Source: Gordius albopunctatus (taxonomy: Eukaryota). From it: a DNA stretch of 64,000 bases. The stretch is taken from positions 18,662,001 through 18,726,000 of the forward strand of contig OZ193909.1 of NCBI GenBank assembly GCA_964276515.1. The letters are read 5' to 3'. The first letter of the stretch is position 1; every line of letters begins with the position of its first letter. The notes below the pieces were generated by a model, which saw nothing but the letters and a program-made list of their open reading frames with translations, was not told the origin of the DNA and ran no database searches. A program made the translations under genes and the position numbers. Below, in pieces: positions 13,181 through 26,369 of this stretch.

Positions 13181-14509
13181 ATGGATCGAGAGATAGGAGT
13201 TAATGATTCGCTAACATTTTGCGTCCCATTCGAAACCATCTCCATATTCGATGACAACGTCATAAACAAAGTTAATAAAATAGTGTCCATCATGTTACTA
13301 ATCTTGGGTGTGAGTGGCAATGCTTTGGGGGTTTATGTTTCGCGGTATTACACTTACAAGTCTAGAGCTAAGAGTAGCGCCAACTCTAACTCTCCAAACA
13401 AGGATGGGTGCAGAAATGAGGGCAAAATTAACATGAATCAATACTTATTGAGCTATTTTTTTGCCGTTAATTTTATAAATTCCATCCTCTTCATCATAGA
13501 TCCCATTCTCAAACTGTTTGGCACGACGAAGGGAATTTCGTTTTGGAACACTAAGGCATGGATCACGTTTTACGTAAATTTCAATTATCCCATCACCAAA
13601 CCCTTAATATCGTTCGGATTTTGGATTTACCTCGTATACTTTTCCAATCAATTACTAGCCGTCGTGCGGCCCTTCGATTATAAAGCCTTAGTTACGAAGC
13701 ATCGCCTAAATGTAACTCTCATCCTAGCGCTAGCTTATTGCGTCATTTGGTATATTCCCACCCACAATTGGTATGAATTGGGACGCATGTTAATTTGTCG
13801 CCCCGATTGTTACATACTCAACTCGACCCGGGTTCGGGCCGGTTGCGGCTTATACGCTTATTATTACAAGTGGTCCACCGAGTTGAACGGGGTTTTCAAG
13901 GGAGCTCACATGGCTTGGAAAATATATCAGGTGTGTCGCGAACTTTTCGTCAACATATTACCCTTCCTAGCCCTGCTTGTGGTTAAATTATTAATAGTCA
14001 AAAACTTCGGACGTATAGCTCCTTCATTTCAATCGGAACGAAGCGGACCTCAAATCAATGCATCCACCACCCAGGTTAGTTCTGCTCAGGTTAGTATCAT
14101 GAATCTCTCCCCGAAAACGGAGGCAATTTCAGGGTCGGTATTGACCCAAACCGGGCAACGGTCTACTGCTTTGACCAATAGATCTTTAAGGAAGGCAAAA
14201 GAGGGTCGACAACATATGAGAACTTTGCTCATATTGTCTGTCGAGTTCGTGATTTTTATGCTACCCATAACCATGACCCAGATGCTTAGAGATGTATTGA
14301 GAAGGCATTATACCCGTAAAATGCTTGGTACTATGTACGTTTCGGTAACGGTGCTGCAATTCTTCTACGTCAGTTGCACTTTTTACGTTAATTTCGCACT
14401 CAACCCGCCTTACAGGCAAACTGTAATAGCTTGCCTAGGCAGCCCCTTTTTAAGGATTCAAAAAATGTTGGCTAACTTACATCGGAAAGTAGTCGTAAAT
14501 AGGACGTGA
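13181..14509 (+). CDS. Intronless class A (rhodopsin-like) 7TM GPCR, divergent peptide-receptor/chemoreceptor type
   Basis: Seven hydrophobic segments, TM1 G..GN, AV.RPF.YK after TM3, TM6 F..F.LP, and N..YR at helix 8. First ATG at 13181; 442 aa uninterrupted. Confidence 0.88.
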   Translation: MDREIGVNDSLTFCVPFETISIFDDNVINKVNKIVSIMLLILGVSGNALGVYVSRYYTYKSRAKSSANSNSPNKDGCRNEGKINMNQYLLSYFFAVNFINSILFIIDPILKLFGTTKGISFWNTKAWITFYVNFNYPITKPLISFGFWIYLVYFSNQLLAVVRPFDYKALVTKHRLNVTLILALAYCVIWYIPTHNWYELGRMLICRPDCYILNSTRVRAGCGLYAYYYKWSTELNGVFKGAHMAWKIYQVCRELFVNILPFLALLVVKLLIVKNFGRIAPSFQSERSGPQINASTTQVSSAQVSIMNLSPKTEAISGSVLTQTGQRSTALTNRSLRKAKEGRQHMRTLLILSVEFVIFMLPITMTQMLRDVLRRHYTRKMLGTMYVSVTVLQFFYVSCTFYVNFALNPPYRQTVIACLGSPFLRIQKMLANLHRKVVVNRT

Positions 14510-15083
14510 CTTGTACTCTTTAAACTTACACTATTCAAATTAGGAAGAAATTAATAGTAATTAAATTGAATGCTAAAATGTGTGCGAATTTTAATTAATT
14601 CTAAAATTCATGCTGTTCTTAATATAATCAAATAAACATTATTGAAATTTTTACCTCATCATAGTACTTGAATCAACTGCAAATTAATTTTCAATATGAC
14701 TTTTAAGGTTTTTTAGTGAAAACCAGTGCTTTTTATAAAGTAATATAACTAATATGTTAAAAAATATTTTTAATACTAATTTCTTTTTTTGGTGCAATAG
14801 CCTCGACAAATTTAGCCTTTTTAAATATACTTTGGATTATATATAAACAATTTTTTTAGTAATACAGCTGTATATATTTTAATGATTTTTAAGAATTACT
14901 TTTATTTTTGCATTTTAGCAGTAAGCCATTCCCTTTAGCATTCATTACATTGTGTGCTATGTTTAAAAATTACAAGAATTAAAGTGATATGAAAGGGCTA
15001 AACAAAGAAAGTAAGATATATTTAAAATGTTTATTTTAATTCTTTTTTAATAAGAACAACTATATTTTCATTACTTTTAATGG

Positions 15084-15232
15084 CATGGGCGAAGCCAGGT
15101 TTTCGATTAAGGGGGGGGGGGCGGCGGAACGGTTAAAAGTTCAATTAAGGAGGGGCAAAACATACAATTTTTAAGGGTTTTTGCATTGAAAAAAAAAATT
15201 TCGTCATTCAGGTTGGCCTCGCTACGCCCATG
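15084..15232. mobile_element. hAT-type MITE (catgggcgtagc family)
   Basis: TIR catgggcgaagc / gctacgcccatg, degenerate 8-bp TSD tttaatgg / tccaatgg; same family as 21760-21908. Confidence 0.75.
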
Positions 15233-16144
15233 TCCAATGGGTTAAGGACGTAATAGGCTCAACAAAATGGAAAGCATAAAAGGTGACTTTTCTTCTAAAC
15301 ATCTCTATAATTTTCTTGACTCATCCCAAAGTTATTTAAAATTTTGTTAAACTAAATTTACGAATGATTAATAAATTTTCCTTAACAAGGATTAGATATA
15401 AAAACAATGTTGCAATTTTTTGTAGCTACTTATACCCGATTCTTCCTTATCTCATAATAATTGATCTTTCGAAAATTGCATATTTGACTGATTCAAAATT
15501 TGAAATATTAAAGCCTTTTCTGATGGGGCATTGAATATGGCGGAAATGAGTCTGAGTCTTTATATAATTTGTAAACAGGAAGCCTCTTAATTAATAGTAA
15601 TTTTCCGTTGGGTCAAATTCGACGATAAAATGATAAGAAAATGTTTGAATTATTTAGCTATCTTTTTAACTTGATTTTCATGTTAATATAAATTAGTGAT
15701 GGCATTTTTTATAATATTTCCATGGGAATTGCCCCCCCCGTTTTAATTTTTGGTTTAGTTTTGGTTGACCATAATTTTACAACCTTAGGCAAAAAACGGT
15801 AAAATCTTATTATATAAAATTATGTTAATATTTTTGATTATTATTTAAAGTCTTTTTATAACATAAAAATTAAAAGAAATCGCCAGGATATTGGATGGCA
15901 TTTTTAAATTTGGAAAATATACTGAATGGTATTCCACGATAATTTTATTGTGTATATAGAGGTTTTATTTAAGCGTCGAAAAATTAAGAATTTATTTAAA
16001 ACTATTGAGGAAAGATTGATTCGCAAAAATTGTAGTAAGTTTAATAAAAAAAACTTTGCATTTTAATAACACCATAGGGTAAGATGCAGCAGAAAATTGA
16101 CATGGAATTAAAAACGACAATTAGCATAAGGCTATAAGGGGCCT

Positions 16145-16900
16145 AGTGTTTCGATCTCGTCTAGGTTTCGAAAACAAAATCTAGTCTCTCTTGGGTGCGA
16201 TTATGATGATCTCTATCTCCTCTCGGTCTCGAAGTTTTAAAAAAATTGTTTTTTTTAATAAAAATTTCTCCTGATTAATTAAAATTATTAAAAAGTGATA
16301 AATTTAAAAAAATCCAAAATGACAAACTATTTTATTTTTTGAAAGACTTTAATGCACCATCTTGATAAAGATTTAATGCGACATGCCATTGACAATATGA
16401 ACCAATAAATGAATATAACATTTTCTATAGAAGGTGCAAATTAAAAAAAACTATAAACTTAAATTATAGATAATTAAGCTTTTTAATTTTGGCATATCAC
16501 AACATTTGTATCAAATTCTGTTTCTGTCAAATATAAATAGATTTATAAATTTGCATGTTTACCTATACTTGAATTGGGTAATAATTTAAGCTAATTGAGA
16601 CGCATTATTAACACTGGCTAAAGCTTAAAGCAGACCCTTGTTTAATTTATTTAAGGCAAACGTTATAGTCCAATTAATTTCCATAAAAAGTTATAGCCCA
16701 TTGAGTTTATTGCATGATAACTATAACACTATAAACCACAAAGTGCGAGTGTATACATTTAATAACAAAAATATTAATAAAAAAATAACTAATTGCACAT
16801 ATAAGAACGTTGTAAAAACAATAAAAGTAGCATTAATATTGGAATAGGAAAATAAGGTTTTGCACGTTTATTGTTTAATAATAAAATTTAGTTAATAATT
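16145..16900 (+). mobile_element. Truncated non-autonomous hAT-like element, same family as 29257-30458
   Basis: Starts tagtgtttcgatctcgtct and is colinear with 29257-30000 over about 700 bp. Confidence 0.7.
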
Positions 16901-18071
16901 AAAAAGCGAATATGATAATACAGTTTAAGTTCCAATTTTATATTCCAAAGAATTATCTTCCCTTTCTAACTAAATTTGTCATAATATTTATTTTCTAATA
17001 CAGTATAAGTTCGTAGATTTATTTTGAACAGTTGCCACATTTATAGAAATAATAGAACATTTGAATGGACCTGGCAATCCCAGTTTATAATGTGGAAATT
17101 AATGTTATACAAAACAATGTAATTTGCGTTCTAAAAAAAACTAAAAATTATTTTTCCATTTTTTTTGTTGGAATATATTTTTAAGGTCAATTTTTACTAT
17201 AGGAAAAAAATTTGGAGGGAAATAAATGATAGTTTTCTCACAGATTAAGTTAAAAAAAACAAAAATCCAAAAAATTTCAAAAATGCCCGGGGCTAGTCAT
17301 AACCGATAGATTAACTCTGACGTTTTCACTTTTTATTAGTGTATGCTAACACAAATCAATAAAAAGATTGCTTCATTATAAAAAATGTAGAAAATGCAAA
17401 TTTATTATGCCTGTATTTTATATAAAACAAATAAAAAGGGTCAAGATGGCAATTTGACTTAAGAACACTTAAAAGACGGATTTAGTAATGGAAAAAACTT
17501 TAGGCGTTTTATAATGTATAATAATAGTCTATTTCTATTCCAAATAACACTAAGTTCGATTATTAAACAAAAATTTTTGTTTTTTTAAATCTTGTCATTT
17601 GTAAAACACGATGAAAAATGGCTAATAATAGCCCCTCTCCGACTAGCCCCGACCCCTATTTTCATAAACAATTAATAATTTAAGATGTTATATTGCATAT
17701 AAAAATTTAATCATTAGACAGTTTTTATATAAAAAATCTCCCTTTATAATATAAAAGTTAAATGAATCAAAAATATTCAGCCAAAAAATGTTATGCGCAA
17801 AATAAATTTTTTTTGTAAATCCTACTAATAGCCCCGAAAAATCGTTTTTCCTCAATAAAAATTTTAGATTCTTTTTTCTAAACAAGAATTTTTTTACTTA
17901 TACCTTATGGAAAAATACACATATTGTTAGATAATAGTAACCCCGGGCTACGACTAGCCCCGGTCTCCCCTATATAATATCTTTTAATTTAGGAGGTATA
18001 TTATGAGCAAAGCATAAAATCTTCTAGAAAATTAATGATTTAATCTATTACGGTGTCATCAAATACTCAAT

Positions 18072-18345
18072 ATTTTTTTTCCTATAGCTGTTTGTCACAT
18101 TTAGTGGTCAGCTCCTTCAAGTAGGTTCTCCATGTATTCCTGCACTTACACAAGTTTCGCTTTAGCTCGTACCTTCTCAAGTCCATATTAATTTTATGCT
18201 TCAATGTCAGTTTAGGTCTCCCTCTCTTTCGCTTACCTTCGACTTGCACTTTTTTGATACGATTTATCAAGTGACTTTCCTCCCGTCTCTCCAAATGGCC
18301 ATACCACCAACTTTCTCTGAATTGGAACTACATTTAGTTTATCCC
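18072..18345 (-). mobile_element. RTE-clade LINE 3' end fragment with short A-tail
   Basis: WYGHLERR...VEGKRKRGRPKLT...CRNTWR; near-identical to 28658-28883 and 34880-35277. Confidence 0.85.
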
Positions 18346-18990
18346 TTATATTGAATCTTCAATTACAAAAAACGAAAGACGGCACAAACTAATCAAGATT
18401 TTGTATATATAGGGTAAGGTTGCGTGATACGCGTTATAGTGGAGGTGATTAGAATTTGAATAAGACCGTGCTTGGTGCAGTCTATAACATCTAGAATTTG
18501 AATATGACCGTGCATGGTGCAGTCTATAACATCTCCTACCCCTTAATTTTATTCCATATCTTTCAACAGGTTTTCGGAGTGTTGATCGCCGGACCGTTAT
18601 TTCGGTTGAGGGTATAGGTGATTGCGGGGAGTCCATAAGCTGGGGTAGGGGTGAGAGCGGGGGTGGGATGGAAACTGGTATATTATCGCTAGCTTCATCA
18701 TGTGGTAGATTAGGCTGTTGCGGAATGGTGGCGTCAAATAAATCACTTGGTCTGGGTTCATTTTGTGGCAGATCACCCGGTATCATAGTTCTTCATTGTT
18801 CTGTTTGACTGCGTTATCTAAAGACTTCCTAATATGATCACCATGTCTCTTCCATAACGCCCCATTATCCATTTCCACCATGTACGATACTGGGCCTAAG
18901 ATTTTTTCCCGTTACCCATAAGTTATCATTAGTTGCGAAAGTCCTAACCCACACTTTATTTCCAATTATAAATTTCCGTTTGATGTTTTT
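18346..18990 (-). mobile_element. Ty3/Gypsy 3' remnant (integrase C-terminus, PPT, partial 3' LTR)
   Basis: KVWVRTF...GPVSYMVE...RHGDHIR and RRSTLRKPVERY. PPT aaggggtaggaga is followed by LTR TG at 18531; the LTR has a 42-bp internal duplication. Confidence 0.8.
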
Positions 18991-19295
18991 CGAGACGACA
19001 CCGAGATTTAAGAGTCATAGTTAAATCATAAATTATTTGATTTTTAACTCTTCGGAGCTAAAATTGAAATGGAGCTTTTTAAGTCAAATTTATGATGATT
19101 TTTGCCATTTGAACATTTCTTAAATGAATTCTAGTGTCTATTTGTGCACATCCAATCATATATCCAGTTTCAGACTCAATTTTATCTCGATATAATATTT
19201 TGATAAATGAGTTTCATTAGAAACTAATTAATAAATTACGGGTTTTTGATAATCAGAAGATAATAACCCCTTTCTCGAGTGCCGCAATCAAATTA

Positions 19296-19537
19296 AAAGT
19301 ATCCTCTAATTAGCGGCATCCATAGACAATTTTAACTACAGAATAATTTGAACCGCAAATATCCCTATATTTTTTAGCATGTGACACGAAAATGATAACA
19401 GGCATTTAACGTTTTTGCTCTTATTAGAGCTCATCAGTATGACATAGATAATGCTAAAAAAGATAGGGATATATATAGTTCAAATTGGTCTCTAATTAAA
19501 ATTGCCTATAGATGGCGATAATCAGAGAGTACTTTTA
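19296..19537. mobile_element. Foldback element with ~85-bp arms enclosing a hammerhead-like core
   Basis: Arms 19296-19380 and 19452-19537 are imperfect reverse complements. On the minus strand the spacer reads CTGATGA-GCTC-TAATAA-GAGC-AAAAAC. Confidence 0.6.
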
Positions 19538-20170
19538 ATATGGATTTTAAATTAGCCTCACACTTTGGTATTGGCAAAGTATAATCTTAACAAATCAAAA
19601 AATTAGATCATAGTATATGCCAAAAAGTCTACTGGAAGTATATGGATTAGTGTTGTTAACAGACAGGCTGTAAGAACCTTATGTTACATCAATATTTCCA
19701 TAACTATCAGCAAGGTGAATGCTGATAAATACTTCTATAGTGCAAGGTTCCTTGTTTTCTGATGTTCATCGTATTTTGCTGTAAGAATCTATGGTAGAAT
19801 TAAAAAACGGTTTTGTGCTCTCCATTTTAAGCTGGGATAAAAAAATGACCATTTATAATATGAACGTTATATGGTCTAACATAATTGTAGAAATAAAAAA
19901 CACAACAAATATTGAAATTTTGATAAACAACATTTTGATACCTCAAGCTTTTTATATAGCACACTTGGTAACTATGTTAAAATGATAAAATAATGGTGGG
20001 TACTGATTAATTTGCATGGTCACCAAGATAAATAGCTATATTAATTGTTTTAACAGTGGTCCGTCCATCTGGAGACACCAATACTAACGCTATATTATTT
20101 AAAGGTAACCAGTTAACCCACATCAATTAGTGTGAAATAATAATTTTATAAAGAAAATTTTAATTAAAAT

Positions 20171-21287
20171 TTAATTCATATAATTGACATCAAATTTAGG
20201 AAGCTCTAGTGGTGGCAATATGGTTGCAATGGGGTTTGGCTCTTTATAATATACAAATTTGTCATATTCAACATCATTAGGATTATTTTGATATTCAAAA
20301 GAATTTTTTTCAATTTTACTGCTGTCACTTTGAATTTGTTTAGACTGATCAGAAAAATGTTGAGAAATTTCTAATGCTTGATCGGATACAATTTTTGGTT
20401 GCTGATCTAAATTAGATATTTTTGTTAGTGATGATTTATTGATAATCTCCTGTTTGAGAGTTAAATTTTGGTTTTTAGTATCTTGTAATTCATTTAAAAG
20501 GCTATACACATGTCCCTTGAGTAATTGGTTGTTTTTGACTAAATTTGTAACAATTGACAATGCATCAGCTTTGCAAAGAACACCTTCCCCATTTGCCAAA
20601 CTTTATAGAAAATAAAAATAATAAAAATTGCAATTAAAAAAATTGATATATAAAATATTTTAGTGGTAATTAAGACAAATAAGCAGATTTGTGTATATTT
20701 ATATTGTGTAGACAATTTGCAAAAATTTGTAAAATATTTTATCTTCATAATATTAAAAATATTACCTAGTTTCCAATAATTGCTGGGAATTATTTTGATC
20801 ATCAAGCAGTTTAAACAACTTTCCTAGTAGGAGGTCATTATCACATGATATTTTGTTAACCATGAATTGCATTTCTTCAAAAGAGAAAGAATTTTCTGCA
20901 ATATCCAAATTTATGTTCAAATATATAGCTACCAAGCAATGATTAATTACCATCATTTATAGACATTCCTTTGCAATTGTTTAAATATTGATATTTAACC
21001 TCAGTGTTCAATAGAGCAATTTTTCGTTCAGTATATTCTATCTGATAAAGTATAGCCGTTTTGATGATGTCATTTTCTGTTTTATTACGTGCGTGTTTCA
21101 ATTCATCTTTAAGTATATATTGAATATATATAAGTTTTACCTATCGATTTCTTAAGACATGCAATAGCGTCTCCGACAAAATTATTTTTTAGAAAATTTT
21201 TACATTTTCGTTGTTCTATTTGTGCCTAACAAAATAATTAATTTGTTATTGAATAAAACCATTTACTTTTACAATTGGTGAATACAT
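20171..21287 (-). CDS. NRBF2: Nuclear receptor-binding factor 2 (Atg38 homolog; PI3K class III complex I subunit), 5 exons, 273 aa
   Basis: Exons 21287-21267, 21225-21141, 21106-20951, 20895-20766, 20600-20171, all GT-AG with consistent phases. MIT-like N-terminus MYSPIVKAQIEQRKCKNFL...DAIACLKKS..L..A...TEN, coiled coil LKGHVYSLLNE, and C-terminal LPPLELP match remembered NRBF2 architecture. Confidence 0.8.
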
Positions 21288-21759
21288 TCATTTCAATTAT
21301 TGAAGTTAAATCAATAGTAGACAAAAGTTCTAAACAATTGAAATAAAAAGCCATAGATTGCTCAATACTAAAACCCGTTCTTTCATCCAAGTTTATAGTA
21401 ACAACTTAACTCGTGACTACTGAGTCTTTTATTGATATTATTCTAACCATAAAAAACATAAAAAGTATAGAAATTCTCTTAATTAGCTTAGGCTATAAAG
21501 ATGCCTTAGGTGACTAGATAATAAGTGAACAGCTGATAATTAAGATAACCTAATTCGTAATCACTTAATAATGCATTGATCCGAAGCTTATTCGCCTGGG
21601 CATCAAATCTATATTTTTAATCTCATTATTTATATATATACTCGTAATTATCATATAATGTGCTTAATTTCATTAAGTATTCCTTATATTCTGGTTTATA
21701 TTGCAAACCTACTTGTACTATTACAATATACATTTCATATAACGAAGTGCATATGTTAC

Positions 21760-21908
21760 CATGGGCGTAGCCAGCCCCCCCCCCTAAATGGCGCAAAAAA
21801 TTTCCAATGCAAAAACCCATAAAAATTTAAAAAAAAATTAAGTCCCCCCTAATTGAACTTTTGAACGTTTTGCCCCCCCCCCCAATCCAAAACCTGGCTA
21901 CGCCCATG
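21760..21908. mobile_element. 149-bp hAT-type MITE
   Basis: Perfect 15-bp TIR catgggcgtagccag / ctggctacgcccatg and perfect 8-bp TSD tatgttac. Partial relatives at about 7276, 24990-25143, 36410-36468 and 51845. Confidence 0.9.
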
Positions 21909-24291
21909 TATGTTACACATATGTTTTAAAACATCCACTTAAATTTTCTCAATGTTAATATTCTAATTTTCGCTGACATGCATGCATAACCATTATATTT
22001 TGTCTCGTTAAATTTTGACACCGATTCGGCCGCAACCTTGGTGCACATTAACAAACTAACATCACTAATTTTGCGAATTTGAGAATTTACATTTAAATAT
22101 ATATGTGAAGCTCTTAAAAAGGAAAATAATCGAAAAAAAACTAAAGTTCTATTTATACCTACTTTTTAAAATACATTCTCCGAATTTGGGTATTTCAAAA
22201 TATATTTTTTATATTCAATATATGCAATTGCATTTTTATAAACTTATCAATTGAGATTTTTCGTCAATTTTATTTAGCCTTCTTCTATAACGTTTACAGC
22301 ATTTGATAGTCCAATTATCCAAAAATTAGGTGTAAGAAATAACTAATTATTTTTTATCTGAAGGATTTTGAGGGCAAGTCACTATATCATTACTACCTTA
22401 TTTATAAATTGGTTTCAAATTTTTGTGCACCCTCAATATAGGAAAAACTGTCGTGTAGTCCAGTATTTGCAGAGCAAATTTAAATGGTGCTTCTATGCAG
22501 GTATAAAAGAGAGTAGGTTAAAAGGTTAATATGAAAAACATATTTTATTTACTAAAATATCTCACACATCTTCGATATTAAAAAAAGCTAAAAAATAGTA
22601 AAAACGATTAGGATAGAACATGGTAAGAAACTAAATTAATAACTAAAGGCCTTAGGAAATACTGAGACTTATACAACCTTAAAGTTGATTGCATGCTCAA
22701 ATGGTGAATATAAATAAGTCCTTTAAATATCTGATGGCAACCAAATTTTGATTAATTAATAGGAAAATTTACAGGAGGAATTTAAAACGTGCGCATAAAC
22801 AATAGGCTGATAAAAGGATATTCAACAAAATTTTCAAAACAAGCATCGCTCTTTAAAAAACTTAAAAATACTCAATATGCTTTTAAGCTATCACAAACAA
22901 TAAAACTCATTAATTACCATTATAATTTTTAAGGAACTTAATGAAATTTAAGAAACTCGATTGATTTATGTCGGCAAATTTAACGTTTGATGTCTTAAAA
23001 AGGCTTCATAGTATTAAAGGGAAATGTAAAATTAAGAAGACCTGTGCTTACGTTTTGTTGAAATATTTTGTGCTTTTAAATTTGTTGAAAAATTTTATAT
23101 TGTTTTAACTTATTTTAATTATAAAACATTTCATATTTATCTCGTGTTATACATATAATCGCGAATTCGCATTTTCACTTGTGTACCTATTAGAATATCA
23201 ATCTATTCTCCAACCCTTAAAGGCCAATTCACGGTAAAAAAGGGTGTAGAAAGAGTTGGTAACGATAGAGATATTTGGTGATCTTTGTAATGATCAGATA
23301 TTGCTAAATGCATCTTGTCCAATTAAACACAAATAATCAAAAGCTAATTAAATTTTGAATTTTTTGGATTTCTAGCCACTTTAAAAAAATAATATTTACA
23401 AGTAGATCACTTTAATTCATTAATATATTAAATGTAGTATATTGAGCTAATCGTATCATAAGCATAAATATTAGAAATGACAATTTTATCAGGATAAAGC
23501 GCAATGAAAGTAAATATATACTTCAAATGTACCAGAACCAAAAGCTTTTTAAACTTTAAGAATACAATATAATCAGTGGCGTCCCCCACCCTGTTTTTTG
23601 ATTAATAACTAAATAAAATTTGTTAAAATATTATAGTTTAGTTACATCAAAGACTTAAAGACATTTATAAAAATCTAGAAACATAAAATATACATCTAAT
23701 TTAATTTGATTTAATTTTTTTACAAAATGCGTTGTAAATTTTTTTTGCCTGAAACCCCCCCCCCCCCCCCCCCTCGTCAAAATCCTGTCTACGACCCTGA
23801 ATGTAATGATAACTTTAGCTAAAAATTAAGCCTTTTACATAGATGCTTCTTAATTAATAAATTTATCAGCAAAATTAAGATATTTTACATTTAAGCTAAG
23901 TTGCTTGACCACTATATCATTTATTAACAAGTAAGAAAATACGAGACTCAATCAATATATTAAAGTATTATAGGGAATATATCTTGCCAGTGATTATATT
24001 TGATTAAATGCTTGGAAATCTTAAGGTAGGTTTTTTTAACAAAGAAATTGGGCATACCCGTGATTAAAGTTGTCATTCTGGTTTTCCGTACTTGCAGAAG
24101 GTGCAAATCCATTCGGGGTGAAGATCAAAACATTCAAAACAAAATTAAAACAGACTATAATATTGATCACTTTTATTAAAATAAAACATTATAAATGTAT
24201 GTTAGTATTTAAGTTAACCCGTTTAATAAATCAATTCATTATTTTGCCTAAGTTAGCTGTTAATTAAAAATCTTCTAGTAATTTTTTGTAT

Positions 24292-25250
24292 TACTAGCTG
24301 TCCCCGGCCAAGCGTTGCTTTGGCTTAGTCCTTAATTAGCTAAATAATTAATATGAATTAATAAAAAATGTATAAAATTTTTTGGGTCAATCGTTTATGA
24401 TGTAAAAATATATAGGAAAAGTCATACTTATTCATAGTTAAATAGATTTGTAATAGTTTAAAATATTTATAAGGTATTTGTTAATTTTATATGTTGAAAA
24501 GTACGATGTTAACGATAATATGCATAGTTGAGTTACAAAAATTTATAAACCACTGCACTGGTGTATAAAAGTTAGTTATAATGTTAGACAATGTATAGAA
24601 AATATTTTAGTACAGCGTTTATAGTAGTGTAATGTCATAGCCTAAAATCTATAGTATTAAAATGAAGATATTAAAAGATCTCCTTCAAATTTAGTTAAAT
24701 GAAGGCTTTTATAATGCTTGGTTGAACTGAGAAATAATTAGAAATTATAAAAATTTCCGCCAGTATAATGGAAGCGAAATATTTATGTATGAGAAAAAAA
24801 GTTAGAAATATAGTTATATCGTTATACCTAGTAAAATATTGATGGTTGAAGGTGTTATAGGTGACTCTAATAAAGACCAGTATAAAGATAGTGACTTAAA
24901 AAGTATAAAGTAAAAAAATTGGCATAATAATTTTAGACCTGCAAGTGTAACTAAAGTTTAAAAAGGGACTTATGGTATATTTATAAGGGTAGCCAGCATT
25001 GAAATTAGAGGGGGGCAATAATGATTTAGGTAGAAGCAAAATGATAATTTTTTGAAATTTTAGACATAATTTTAATAAATAAAAAAATTGATTTGGATGG
25101 GGGGCAGCCTCCCCTCCCTGCCGCCCTCTAGCTTACCCCATGGGTTTGTTAATATTTTGATATATACGGTTTTAACTTTACCTGAGAGATGTTAAGATAT
25201 GCCCGACCCGTCGGGCCAGGTCCGGGCCTGGCTTCGGACGGCAGAAAGAA
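24292..25250 (+). mobile_element. Possible Helitron/HINE-like non-autonomous element
   Basis: Begins tactagctgtccccggccaagcgttg, resembling non-autonomous Helitron-like 5' ends, with a GC-rich hairpin region at 25200-25245; boundaries uncertain. Confidence 0.3.
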
Positions 25251-26369
25251 AACTATGATTAAATTTACCTAAAATTAAGTTTGAATAAGAATAAAACTGG
25301 GAGATTGATAGGTTGGTGGGGAAGAAACATCTTGGTATTAGTAGTTAGGCAAAATGAAGATATATATAGCTATACCTGTTATGGATTTTTGATCTAATTC
25401 TAGAGTTTTTAGAAATAAAAAGGCGGCAAAAAATAATAAACTATTTTAAAAATCTCATTATGGTGCCCGCCCAGGCCTATACTTAAAAATCTCAATTTAG
25501 AACGTTAACCTGCTCGACCCCTTAGCCGAGTGGGCTCAGTAGCGAGCTCGGCTTTTTGGTTGTTTAATTTTTATTTTTAATTGCAAATAAAATATAAACA
25601 ATTTTCTTTGCCAGCTTTCCCCCCCCCCCCCCCAGAAAATTGTGGCCAAGTGCCTGCTAACATTACTAAATGTGAGAACTTTAACGTGTCCATCTTCCCA
25701 GGTTTGCAATAAAACTTTTTGATATTTGTTTCAATTGCGCGTGTTAAGAAAAGTAAAAGAAACTATTTTTACACATAGAATAATTACTTGAGGAACAACG
25801 TAAATCTAAAAATCTTAAATAATTTGTTTTATCTACAGAATAATTTTTCCTCGAGCCTTTTAAATACAGATTATTCCATTACAGAAAGAGCTACACAATT
25901 AAGCAAGGTGACCGGGCTAAAGTGTTTACAGGTATAATAAATATTGAATAACTCATGTATAAGAGGCAACGTTACAAATTATGTTTAGCAATATTTACCA
26001 CTTAAAAATACAATTACAAGAATATAATAGGCCTTATTAGTGAAGCTTGTTTATACCAGAGAATGGGACAAACTAAGCGAAAAGATGATAGTATGTTTAA
26101 AGTATACCTGATGAAAATACCTAAAAGTGGCGATATTAAAAATACATTTATTCTTAATGGCTCCTTTATTAGTTAGAATAATACAGACCTATCTAAAATG
26201 TTGGCTATAAGATGAGAGATTGAGCCGTTGAATAAACTTTGTAAAAATAAAAAAATTGCAACAAATAATCCATATGAAAATGTCATCAGCTTTAGATGTA
26301 ACATCAAATGTATATTTACTTGTGCTGTATCGACGCCAAAAATGCTAAGAGGCGATCTTTTTAAAGACA

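Noticed and set aside
19550..20140. Exon-like patches with possible splice sites
   Set aside because: Every spliced frame I tried hit stops and no motif was recognisable.
20171..20230. LPPLELPKFD as a BEL/Pao gag motif
   Set aside because: It is the C-terminus of the spliced NRBF2 model, with no gag, pol or LTR context.
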